DNA of 64,000 nt from Octopus sinensis. Lineage: Eukaryota. The position numbers and the translations under genes were made by a program. The notes under the pieces are model-generated. The model did not search any database, was not told the DNA's origin, and worked only from the letters and a program-made list of their open reading frames with translations. The DNA lies in NCBI RefSeq assembly GCF_006345805.1, contig NC_043000.1, positions 81,406,001-81,470,000 of the forward strand. The letters are read 5' to 3'. Of this stretch, positions 27,470 through 39,589 are shown in pieces. Position 1 is the stretch's first letter. Each line of letters opens with the position of its first letter.

Positions 27470-28470
27470 ATCATCATCATCATTATCGCCATTTAATGTT
27501 TGCTTTCCAAGCTGGTGTGGGTTGGATGGTTTGAGAAAACTGGCTAGGCAGAAGATTGCACCATGCTTCACTCTCTGTTTTTCTATGGCTTTTACAGTGG
27601 GATTCCCTCCCTAACATCTACTACTTGGCAGAGTGTACTGAGTGCATTTTATGTGACACCAGCACAAACGAGATCAGTTTGGCATGAATTTTTACAGCTG
27701 GATGCCCTTCCAAATGCCAACCACTTCACGGTGTGGACTGGATGCTTTTTACATGGCACCAGCATGGGAAAGGTCACCATGTAACTTGCAAGACAAAGAT
27801 CCTTTGAGTGGAGATAAGGCATTGGAAGAGGTAATCTTGTGCCAGATGATGAAAGGTTAGAGTGTGACAAAGAAACAGAAACAGGTGTCTTGTTGTAGAG
27901 AAGGTACATGGTTGCTTGGTTAGAGAGAGAGAGAGAGAGAAAGAATTGCAAGAAAGCAAGAAAAGAGATATGTGGTGAAGTGCCAAGGTATGCTCAAAAG
28001 GAGCGGGGATCAGAATATAAATGGAATGGTAGAGTAGAGCAAGGGAGAGGTAAGTGGTGGCAAGGTGGAAGTGCATACCCTCAAGATATGGGGTCAGAAT
28101 ATAAATGGTAGGGTATTCACATGAATATAAGGGGTGTGGGATGGGGCATGCAGTGACTGGTAAAACCTGGACATAGAGGGGAGTAGGGAACAACAGGATA
28201 GTAATGATACAGTGAGCAGAGTAGTTAAGGCAGGACTGAGTAGTAAGAGATAAGCATAAACGTAGAGCATGGAAAGAGGAACTGTGAGGAAGAGGAGAGT
28301 CGTAGTTTGGTTTGTTGGGGTAGGGTGTGGAAAAAGTTTTATTGTTACATGTGGATGGAACCCACAGTGCTTCTGGAACTCAGTTTCACTGAAGCAGGTG
28401 GGTCTTCTCAGGAACTTCATATTGCCTGACATCTTGGTCTGTTATCAATTCCTCTGTGAGGCCCATCATC
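27470..28470 (-). mobile_element. RTE-tailed retroposon remnant
   Basis: (cat)n-tttaatgtttgctttccaagc..gggttggatgg..gctggatgcccttccaaatgccaaccac matches the inverse of the RTE tail at 29860-30013. The extent beyond about 27780 is uncertain. Confidence 0.6.
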
Positions 28471-28483
28471 CTGAGATATGTAG

Positions 28484-28556
<73 letters not shown>

Positions 28557-28560
<4 letters not shown>

Positions 28561-28866
28561 CGTGATCACCGTGACCGACCAGGCTATCAGATGTTGCTAC
28601 ACATCGCAGGTCACAATGCGCTTCGCATTGTTTTAGCCTTCAAATGACGCCACCCCGCTGGCTAAGCGAGCAGGCCAACAGAAGAAAGAGTGAGAGAAAG
28701 TTTATGGCAAAAGAGTACAGCAGGGATCGCGACCACCCCCTGCCGGAGCCTCATGGAGCTTTAGGTGTTTTTGCTCAATAAACACTCACAACGCCCGGTC
28801 TGGGAATCGAAACCACGATCCTACAACTGCGAGTCCGCTGCCGTAACAACTGGGCCATTGCGCCTC

Positions 28867-28868
<2 letters not shown>
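28557..28868 (-). mobile_element. Young tRNA-derived SINE, family C, inserted in (TA)n
   Basis: Minus strand tggaggcgcaatggcccagttgtta...ggtttcgattcccag (A and B boxes); CpG-rich; (TA)n on both sides. Confidence 0.85.
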
Positions 28869-28946
<78 letters not shown>

Positions 28947-28963
28947 TATATATATATATATAT

Positions 28964-29007
<44 letters not shown>

Positions 29008-29009
<2 letters not shown>

Positions 29010-30013
29010 TCGACAGAGCGTTACCACCTTGAGAGAAATGTTGTACCTAAGAGGCATCAGTTGTGGTGTGCAAGAGAGACGATTGCGCTGGTATGGTCAT
29101 GTGGCGAGAATGGATGAAGATAGGTGTGTCAGAAAGTGCCAATCCTTAGCAGTTGAGGGAGCCCGTGGAAGAGGTAGACCCAGGAAAACCTGGGACGAGG
29201 TGGTGAAGCACGACCTTCGAACTTTAGGCCTCACTGAGGAAATGACCAGCGACCGAGACCTTTGGAAATATTCTGTACGTGAGAAGACCAGGCAGGACAA
29301 GTGAGCCCAGCCCACTTATGAATGCCTTTCCTCCCTTGGACACAAAGACCTGTTGGGGCAAGCGAAGTCGATATAGAACCTCATCCGACGACAGGCACCC
29401 ATGCCAACTCCCCTTTGCTTGCGAAGACATGTTGGGGCAAGCGAAATCGAAATCGAAGTCAAAATCGAATTGAACCAGCCAGGATCCCTGGTCTGGTGGT
29501 ACGTAAAAAGCACTATCCGACTCGTGGCCGATGCCAGCGCCGCCTCCACTGGCTTCCGTGCCGGTGGCACGTAAAATACACCAATCTGACTGTACAACAG
29601 GCACCCATGCCAACCCCCTTGCTTGCGAAGACATGTTGGGGCAAGCGAAATCGAAATCGAAATCGAATTGAACCAGCCAGGATCCCTGGTCTGGTGGTAC
29701 GTAAAAAGCACCATCCGACTCGTGGCCGATGCCAGCACCACCTCGTCTGGCTTCTGTGCCGGTGGCACATAAAATACACCAATCCGACCGTGGCTGTTGC
29801 CAGCCTCGCCTGGCACCTGTGCAGGTGGCACGTAAAAAGCACCCACTACACTCACGGAGTGGTTGGCGTTAGGAAGGGCATCCAGCTGTAGAAACACTGC
29901 CAGATAAGACTGGAGCCTGGTGCAGCCTTCTGGCTTCCCAGATCCCCGGTCGAACCGTCCAACCCGTGCTAGCATGGAGAACGGACGTTAAACGATGATG
30001 ATGATGATGATGA
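29008..30013 (+). mobile_element. 5'-truncated RTE-clade LINE with long modular 3' UTR and (TGA)n tail
   Basis: ORF 29029-29304 [32 protein letters not shown]...LT...DRDLW is the RTE ORF C-terminus; ends ggacgttaaac(gat)n. Confidence 0.92.
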
Positions 30014-30034
30014 TATATATATATATATTTATAT

Positions 30035-30138
<104 letters not shown>

Positions 30139-30298
30139 TTTGTGGTGAATGGCGATTTGACGTCTATATCTAGCATGTTGACTGTCCACTTTTCGTGTTC
30201 AGTCCTTATTTGGTATATATAAATATTTTAATCTTCGGATTCTTTTTTAATATGCTAGACCACTGGTCTTAATTGATAAATATCAATTTCTACCCTTA

Positions 30299-30386
<88 letters not shown>

Positions 30387-30832
30387 CACACACACACACC
30401 TATATGTAAGTATGTATATATATATGTATGAAAATGTATATGTGTGTGTATATATTAGTACAGACTTGGAAGTGTGATTCAGAAATACACTTTGCCACTT
30501 GTGGTTTGGGGGTTCAATTCCAAACTTGGTCAAGTGTCTTCTACTGTATCCCCAGGCCAACCTATGCTTTATGAATGAATTTGTTAGATGGAAACTAATA
30601 TTCTAATATTTTTAATTATCTTCACTTATTCAAAATTCCTCACAATTATTAGAGTTTTGTTTGCACTCTGTGTCCATGAATAAAACTTAGTAAATTAAGA
30701 AGTTATCATATATGGCATTCAGTTCACTGTCCTATCTTGATTTATGTCCACATATGCATGCATACATACACACACACACACACATATTTTCATGTATTTG
30801 CATGTGTGTGTGTGTGTGTGAATGTATATATT

Positions 30833-30864
<32 letters not shown>

Positions 30865-31012
30865 CAAAAAGCAATAAAGATTCAAGTTAATTCAAATGAA
30901 TTTACTTGAATATGGTACCTAACTTAGATGCACCAAAAAAACTATACGGTTTTAACAATACAGTAATGTGGGGTGATTATAAGCGAGAAAGAAGCAACAA
31001 GAATGGATAGGT

Positions 31013-31103
31013 TTTTAGTACAATCGTTTCATACAAGGACAGGCTTTATTAAAAGTTGCAAAAATTGCAGCATATAAACGTGTCCCGTACTCATCAGCTA
31101 AAA
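31013..31103 (-). ncRNA. Type I hammerhead ribozyme motif (mirror copy)
   Basis: Exact reverse complement of 31737-31827. Confidence 0.75.
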
Positions 31104-31736
31104 TACATGTGAGTTCTCTAGACATCCTAGTGGTTGAGGCTATACTCATGAAGTAATGTAGATAATTAAGTAACATAAACAGATTTCCAAAGTTCTTTAA
31201 AGATGATGTACAGTCTTATCACAGAATTTTAAAAAAGTTTTAATAGCATTACAGAGAAGGTGACTTAATCCATAGTGTACATATGAATTTCCAGAGATAT
31301 GAGGAGGGATTACATACTCACAGATGACAAATTTATCCATTGCTAATCACAACGAGATGGGTCTCAATTCCTGCTTATTAGCATTACAGAGAGGGGAATT
31401 AATCCTTTGTATAGATGCACAATTTCCAATGGTGTAGGTGTAAATTTCCAGAGAAATGAAGAGGAATTTCATATTCACAGGCGATAAATTTATCAATGGT
31501 TGAACACAATGAGGTAGGTATCAATTCTTGCTATATGATTAGGTATTTGCCACATTAATCACATTACTGCTATTTTCAAGAGACTGTAGCTATTTAACTT
31601 TTAAAGGCTGAAGGGCTTTCTAGGGAGGCAAAGAACAGAAAAGGGAAGGAAAGAGAAGAAAAGAGAGAAAATAATTATCTACATTACTTCATGAGTATAG
31701 CCTCAACCACTAGGATGTCTAGAGAACTCACATGTA

Positions 31737-31827
31737 TTTTAGCTGATGAGTACGGGACACGTTTATATGCTGCAATTTTTGCAACTTTTAATAAAGCCTG
31801 TCCTTGTATGAAACGATTGTACTAAAA
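31737..31827 (+). ncRNA. Type I hammerhead ribozyme motif, PLE type
   Basis: UUUUAG-CUGAUGA-[GUACGGGACA...UGUCCUUGUAU]-GAAAC-GAUU-GUA^CUAAAA: 6-bp stem I, complete core, long stem II, short near-palindromic stem III; predicted cut after 31821. Confidence 0.78.
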
Positions 31828-31877
31828 ACCTATCCATTCTTGTTGCTTCTTTCTCGCGTATATATATATATATATAT

Positions 31878-32050
31878 ATGGGAATGAGAATGGGCCCCAA
31901 CTATGCGAACCTGCTTATTGGTTATGTTGAGGCCCAAATATTTTCAAGATTCACTGGTCCCACTCCCAAACTATATGGTCATTATATTGATGACTGTATT
32001 GGTGTGACCTTGTTCTCCTGTGAACACCTAGATTTCTTCCTCTCTTTTAT
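31878..32050 (+). pseudogene. Penelope-like element reverse transcriptase fragment
   Basis: MGMRMGPNYANLLIGYVE...TPKLYGHYIDDCIG matches the PLE RT motifs MG..MGP.YANL and Y.RYIDD. Confidence 0.82.
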
Positions 32051-32104
32051 CCCCTCTTCATCTGACTCCCCTCTTCTTCTCTCTTCATCTGACACCTACA
32101 TCCT

Positions 32105-32815
32105 GCTTGGGGTTTCTGCCAGAAGCTCCAATGTGAACAGATGGTGAAAATACAGAACATGTGTTCGCTTGCCATGTCCCCAAAGCATGTACTGAGAGTG
32201 ATACAAATCAAACATCCAGTCAACATCATAGTGTTTGGAGTGATCACTATTGAGGATGACGTTATGCCTCCATTTATCTTCCCACACCACCTCAGGCTCA
32301 ACACAGAGCCCTACATCAAGTGCCTGGAGGGGGTAATGTTGCCCTGGGTCAAGAGGGTGGCTGTCGGAAGACCTTATGTCTGGCAACAGGTCTCTACACC
32401 ATGCCACACAAGCAGGAGAACCCAGTCATGGCTGTCAGGCAATTTCTGTGACCACATCACCCCTAATATCTGGCCACCTAACTCCCCAGACTGCAAACCC
32501 CTTGGTTATTATATATGGGGCACAGTTGAGCAAGAGACCAACAAAACTCCTTGCAACACCAAAGATGAGCTGAAGGCAAGGATTATGGCAGCATTCACCA
32601 ACTGAAACAAGGAGACTGTCCAGAAGAGATGCAGGAAATTGTGAAGTCGTCTGGAAACTGTGGTTGAAGCCAATGCGGATTTTATTGAATAAATTTACTC
32701 TTTAGTATTTCAAGATATTTAAATGTAATTTGGGTAAATATATCTGTTAAAATGAGATGTCAGTGTTATTTTCATTTTGGCATAATTTAGATGACAATGT
32801 ATTCACTGCACCCTC
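32105..32815 (+). mobile_element. Tc1/mariner DD37D (maT-type) transposon 3' half, inactive
   Basis: ORF 32141-32605: KHP..I.VFGVI, WQQ(V)STPCH...WPPNSPDCKPL(G)YYIWG with 37 residues between the last two catalytic positions; 3' TIR remnant ..tcactgcaccct. Confidence 0.88.
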
Positions 32816-33184
32816 TGTGTGTGTGTGTGTGTGGTGTGTGTGTGTGTGTATATATATATAGATATATATATATATAATGATGACTTGCATATTTATTGTT
32901 AATACATTCCAGAAGATTTGACTGTAAACATGTTAATTGTTGTTGTGTATGTCCCTGGAGAACAGTTTCTCCTTTTTTATGATTGCAATGTTTTCATAAC
33001 ACATTCGATTCATTCATGCAAGTCGAGGGTGTTGTGAACATATTGTTGTCATAAAAAGAAGTTGTTCTCCTCTGACGGACACAGCATACAAATCTGCTGA
33101 AACATATGAAGAATAAATACACAGCTCATCAGTTCAAGTCTTGGTGCTCACAGTGCAGATAATATTTTGATATTTATATATATA

Positions 33185-33945
33185 GTTGTGGCTTTATGTT
33201 AAGAAGTTTGCTTCTCGACCACATGGTTCCAGATTCAGTCCAACTGCAGGACACTTTGGGTTAATGTCTGCTATAGCCCCAGGCCAGTCAAAGCCTTGCA
33301 ATTGAAAAAAGCCTGCTGTATGTGTGTGTAGGTGTTTGTGTTTGTGTCTTTGTGTTTGTTACCCAGCACTGCTTGACAACCAGTGTTGGTTTGTTTACAT
33401 ACATGTAACCTAATGGGTCATCAAAAAAACTAATAGAATAAGCACTTGGATTTAAGAAATAATTACTGGGATTGACTTGTTTAACTAAAGCCCTTCATGG
33501 CTGTGCCCCAGCATGGCCCCAGTCCATTGACTGAAACATGTAACAGTGTGGTAAGAAGTTTGCTTCCCAACCACATAGTTTCAGCTTCAGTCCCACTGCA
33601 TGGCGTCTTGGGCAAGTGTCATCTACTATAGCCTTAGGCCAACCAAAGCCTTGTGAGTGGATTTGGTGGACAGAAACTAAAAGCAGCCCATCGTATATGT
33701 GTGTGTGTGTGTGTGTGTGTCTTTGTGTCGGTTTTTGTCCCCCTCACCATCATCGTTTGACAACCAATGTTGGCATGTTTATGTCCTTGCAACTTAGCGG
33801 TTCGGCAAAAGCGACCAACAGAATAAGTACTAGACTTACAAAGAATAAGTCCTGGGGTCGATTTCTTTGACTGAAACCCTTCAAGGCAATGCTCCAGTAT
33901 GGCTGCAGTCAAATGACTGAAACAAGTAAAAAGAGAAAAGAATGA
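33185..33945 (+). mobile_element. Two head-to-tail SINE A copies (older, then younger)
   Basis: Two successive head-centre-tail passes starting at about 33185 and 33546. Confidence 0.82.
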
Positions 33946-33949
33946 AAAA

Positions 33950-34308
33950 AAAGGCTTCGGAAGGGCGATGTATACCCTGTGTGCACACAAGGATAAAATA
34001 AAATTTAATTTAATGAATATATTCTCAGACAAATTCATATTTCAACAAAATTACATCAAGAGTTATTTCCCCTGCTTATCATTTAAGCATCTGTATGTAG
34101 CACAGGAAAAAAACGTATCGATTCATTCGTTAACCAGTTTTGAAGATAATCAAACCAAAATGAGTTCAAGCTATTCACCCAATGAGTATTGCTGCCAAAT
34201 TTGGAGAAAATTTGTTCAACCATATTCTAGTAATTTTGCAAACACACAGACAAACAAAGATGAGCAACTACAATACCCTGCTTTCACTTACGTGCACATG
34301 GTAATAAA
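33950..34308. mobile_element. Possible Helentron-associated (DINE-1/HINE-like) element
   Basis: ataccctg occurs near both ends, with gccaaatttggagaaaat.., an acacacagacaaaca microsatellite and terminal caataccctgctttcacttacgtgcacatggtaataaaa in A-rich flanks. Confidence 0.5.
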
Positions 34309-36542
34309 AGAAATATATAAACACACACACACATTCATATATATATACACAGGTATATATATGTAGGTATATGTATGTGTGTATGTATATGTGTTTGTGA
34401 AGACAGGGTTCTAATCCTAATATGTTGACATGTACTATTAATTTTGTAGATTGCATTGTTTTCGTTTTAAAAGAAAATTATTAAAAACATTTATTTATTC
34501 ATAAATATGTATGTATATGAATATATATACGTTAATGTTGTTATGTATAAAAACAATATAACATTAAACTGAAAACTTACTCTACAACTTTTAGTAAAGT
34601 ATGTTAATTAAACTTTTTCTAAGAAGAAGTATGACAGTAACTTTGAAGTTTTGGGTTGCAACTCCTTTGTCAGATGGACTGAAAGAAAAAATTGTCAATT
34701 CTTTCTCCAGATGAACAAAGCCAGTTTTATGGTAGTGTCTCTATGCAATCATTTACTGGTTGCATATCCTTGACTTTTTGCACATTCTATCTGTTGATTA
34801 TGCACATTACAATTATTATGTAATTGTGAGCTCCCAGAAACAGCTGTAAAGTAAAAAATACTATGCATTCTATCCTTAGTATCCTTTATTTTTTATATTC
34901 CTGTGTAAATGTAAATTTATTTGTCTATATATATATATCTGCATGCTTGAATACTGACATAAAGACACATACACACACACACACACACATTCAGACACAT
35001 ACACACATATGTGATGGGCTTCTTTCAGTTTCCATATATTAAATCCACTCACAAAGCTGGAGCTATTGTAAAAGACACTTGCCCAAGGTGCCATGTATTG
35101 AGGCTGAATCCAGAACCATGTGGTTAGGCAGCAACCTCCTTACCACACAGCCACACTCAAAGACAATAAACATTAAAAAGCATAACACAGGAAGAACAAA
35201 GTTTGCCAAATATAGCATTAGTTTAATGCTTCAGAGACAGACAGACAGAGTTAATGTTTTGGACATTTATCCTTCCTCGGGTAAAATAAGAAAAAAACTG
35301 GGGAAGAAAAGGCAAAGCATAGGGAAAGTGAGAGAAATAGTGAGTATGTAAAAGAAAGAAGGGAGCAGGTGTGTGAGAAAAAAAGCAAAGGTTTAGAAAC
35401 TGAGGGAGAATACTCTTCTATATAGGAAGTTAAGAATGGAGGAAGGGTTATGTGTAGATACGTGTTTCAGAGTGTATCAGTGTTTGGAAACAAACATTAG
35501 GAGAAATGTGTGTGTGTGTGAGTGAAATTTTTAGGTGGGTAGTGTAAAAATGGGTATTTGAAGATGTGAATGCACCCATGTGTAAAGGTGATAAAAGTGT
35601 TTAAGAATATCATGGGATAGCAAGAGCAAGGTGGAACGTACTATTTGTGTGTAGGTAGATAAACAAAAGCAGATAAGAGTGGAAAAGCACTTTTTCTGGC
35701 TTTTGGCTGGGAAACACAGAGGAAAGTTTTATTGCTAGAATTCCAAAATGCAGGTTGTAGGTCAGAGTTATCAACCTTATCCTATTAACATGATAGGGAC
35801 TTCAAATAGCCTATATATGACTGCTAGACGTGGTTGAGAACTTTCCTGATCTCAAGGGGTAACAATGATACTTTCACCAAAGATCACAATGGTGGGAAAA
35901 TACAGGTGACGTATGAGAGAGCAAATCTCTACACAGACTCAGTAATAAGAGGGTCATTGCAAAATTGTACTAGTAGTCTGTGTAAAACTGTAGTTGTTGT
36001 TGTCTGTTTAAAGCTCTAGTCATGATCAATATGAAACTATAGTGATTGTGACTAGCAAATTCTATTGATGACCCATAAGAAGGAAAATATAAAAGAATGT
36101 TTATAACAAGCAGTTACCTTTAAAAATATTTTCTAAATCTGAAGTTGGTATTATTTTTTTTCAGTTAGTTATTTGCATTAAGATATGACTGAAGACTGCC
36201 TTTGGATTTCTTTGTGACACATTTATGTTAATTTTCCCTTGGTTCTTTCATTTACTGGATTTAGTTAGAGACTTGTTTTGTTTTGTATTTATGATAGAAT
36301 ATGAAAACATATTGCAAGTGAGAGGTGTCAAGAATCTTGACCATATCTATTTAATCTGTTCTACGACTGAAAACATTTAGTCTTGCTGCAAAGGGATAGC
36401 TAAATCTGCTGTAAATTGAAGAGACTTAGAGAAATCTGTTGTGAGTTTTGAGAATGTGCTGAAAAAGTAGAGGGAGATAAAGAAAGAGGGAGATAAATTG
36501 TATAATATCCTCTACACCAATGTTAACATGAATTGGGATTAA

Positions 36543-36749
36543 CCCTTTGTTTCTGTTCAAATACTCTACCTTTCTTTTAATTAATTTTGAAAATTATGAA
36601 GAATTTAGAAAATTAACTGTCATATTAAGTTGGTGTTTGGAATATAATGTGAAACTTTGATAGAAGGTTTTAAATCCAGATCACTTTGAAATATGGAATG
36701 TGTATCTTTGAAAGAGGAACAGTCTCAGGTGGCTTGATTTCAAAATGTG
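36543..36749. mobile_element. Diverged copy of the piggyBac-like MITE
   Basis: TTAA-ccctttg start and caaaatgtg-TTAA end; internal similarity to 11743-11964. A third, reversed, decayed copy lies at about 8600-8795. Confidence 0.6.
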
Positions 36750-37880
36750 TTAAAATTGAGAACTGCAGATAGTTGACAGTATACAAACCAATTGTAGATA
36801 TACAAGACTATCTTGTGTTGTACAATTACAAGTACATTGTCCAGTGGGTCCTCACTTTTTTACAAGAGTAAAATTTACATGCTGTTTCTGGCAAGTTCAG
36901 TGACCACACTAAGGTTCCCTCATAGGCTTGACATTAAGAAAATTGTTGTCAACTGTAAGTAATTGTAGCATATTTGTATGCATGTACACATATCTTTGCT
37001 TATTTATTAGAATTTTTCTGAAAAGGAGCTGGTTTCTACTAAAAAAAAAAAAACAGCAGCTCTATCACTGGAAATTGGATATCAATGATTGTTACACATT
37101 GGACTTCAGGCAAATCTTGCATATTTTTGCTGTTCAACTTACAGATTGTATCTGTGAAATACATTTACTAATTTAACCAAGCTCACGAATACCAAGTCTT
37201 AAATGAAGTCTACCTTCCCTTATCACCTGTCTGTCATTCCAATATACTTCTTATGCAGTCATTGTTTACATTGGCAGCACCATAAATAGTGTTTAACTAT
37301 TTTTTTTATACATATTGAATATGGCCATTTTCTTGACATTTTTTTTCCTGCTTATAAAAACTTTACTCCTTGTTAAGTTTACTCTTAAGTCTTTCAGTTG
37401 TAAGTTTAGCATTCATATCTGGGATTTCTTCCTTAAGTCTACTCTAAATCTTTTCTAAAATCAGGTATAAGTTATTGTCTGGAAAACTATTAGAGAGATG
37501 GCAGCTGATGACTGAATCTTGGTGAACACCCAGCTGCACACTAAATTCATCATTGTACATAGTTTGAACAGACCACTTACCTCACAGACCATTTACCTAC
37601 TTCTAACATCCTTAGCAGCCACCAGATTACAGAGCTTAGAACCCTGTCATAGGCCTCCTCATAGTCTCTAACTAAGAACTTCTGCAATTGTTTTACTAGA
37701 AAGAGGACATCAGTGGTATCTCTTACTTTCAAAAATCCCAGCTGCATCTTGGCTAAATTCTGCTTTAAATCAGTTATACTATAACTATTTCAGGGACTTT
37801 CAATAACTTGATCTATCAGTAATATACCTCTCTTATTTCCTTTCTCTGTATAGGTATGTTGCATGACGGTGTTTATGTCA

Positions 37881-38015
<135 letters not shown>

Positions 38016-39589
38016 AAAGCATAAATAATGAACATAACATATTTTTCTTTATTGTAGTAAATTTGACTTACAGCTGTTTCCAGTAATCATTATAGGTTCG
38101 TTATTGATACATATATATATATATATATATATACATATATTCACACAAATATATTTGTGTGTATGTATACACACATACACATGCATGTGTGTATACACAT
38201 CCAGATTTATACACACAAACAAACCATCTCATCTGTTTCACTTTCATCATTACAAATTTTTAAAAAACTCTTCACTTGTCAGCTTCTTATGTTACCATGA
38301 CAACATTTTTGTTGAACTAGAAAAATGGTTAATGTCCTTTGCCAGTTTGTATGTATTGTGCATTCAAAGAACACCATCATTGGTACCGACACTTAGCCAG
38401 CCAACCGATACTGTCACCATTGTCATCACCATCACTGTACCATTGTCATCAGCACTACTACAGTGCCAGCTATCACATCAAATCTTGGTGACTGTCTTTT
38501 CAAAAGTCTGCTGCTGCTGTTCTTGCTGCTGTCGCTTTGATTACTATGGCAATCGGTTGCCAGTTCTACTGTTGCTCTATGCTGCTATCATTGCTGCTGC
38601 TGTTGCTGCTGTAATGTCACTGATATTACTGGCCTCTGAAGTCATCTGTGATAATATTGTGTTGCAGTGGGAGTGAAGAGTGTGAGAATGTGAGGTGGGA
38701 GGGAGTTGACATGGTATAAAACAAGAACCTATGTGTATGTTAGTGTGTTTATGTTATGTGTGACAGTGTGTGTGAGTGTAGTTTTGTGTAACTGTGTGTC
38801 CATGTATGTGTGGGAGTAGCAACAGTTGCTATGCTATTCAATATCCTCCATGCATCTATTTAGACATTTGTGGTAACAGTGACAACAGGTTCATGGTGCA
38901 ACATCACAACTTGTTCCATGGTAAACATGCAGTCATGTATTACCACTCAGCTATTTATAGTTTTGTATATCTATTTAATTACCTGTCCACCCACCTGCAT
39001 GGAGTCTAACTTATTTCTGTCTTATATCAGCTGCTAAATTGTGTCAAGCTAACAAGAAAACCTCTACATTGTCAACCTGCTAGAAATATCAAACAGCAAG
39101 GAAATCTTGGCACTGTTTGCTCAACATGCCAGAAATAGCAGCTAAATTCTTAAATCATATCTTAGCATACTTGAAAAGAACACTTGGAATAATATGGTCT
39201 TGAGTGCACTGTGCCTGATAAACAGATGTAACAGTCGTGGTTGGAACTACCTAGGGTTAACCAACAACAACAGCTGCCAACTATATTTTTGAGAGATTTG
39301 GTTCACTGTTGTTACCCTAAAGGGCACAACAACAGCTAACCAAATCTCCAACAAATCAACTCCATACAAGTTTGTAATTCAGTCTATTCTTATAACATTT
39401 GTCACTTGCTATATCATTGTGACCATATTTCATGAAGCCATAATATATTTGAAAAGATTTTGAGTGAAAGCCATGACAAAATAAAATCCTTAATTAGGAA
39501 TTGAAGAATGAATATCTAGTAGGTTGTACTTATTTCACAAATAAGTTGGTCAGGATCACATATTAAGAGTAAAACATAGTTTATATAGC

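Larger units (their letters stand above)
30865..31857 (-). mobile_element. Penelope-like pseudo-LTR with a perfect 186-bp inverted copy
   Basis: 30983-31168 is the exact reverse complement of 31672-31857; each arm carries an HHR; both ends run into (TA)n. Confidence 0.8.

Noticed and set aside
29490-29850. Repeat-spacer-like modules as a CRISPR array
   Set aside because: Intervening segments are themselves homologous, the context is a eukaryotic LINE UTR, and there are no cas genes.
29316-29975. 219-aa and 189-aa ORFs
   Set aside because: Open frames across the GC-rich duplicated RTE 3' UTR; no domain.
35640-36010. Decayed PLE ORF on the minus strand upstream of the 35270 motif
   Set aside because: Only faint hints (..YP.., LTY); too degraded to support without a profile search.
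37501-37540. GCAG-CUGAUGA...GAAC..CUGC as a hammerhead
   Set aside because: Lacks GAAA and a cleavage triplet; just a short inverted repeat.
38104-38676. 190-aa ORF
   Set aside because: Starts in microsatellite at TTG, low complexity, no domain or exon boundaries.
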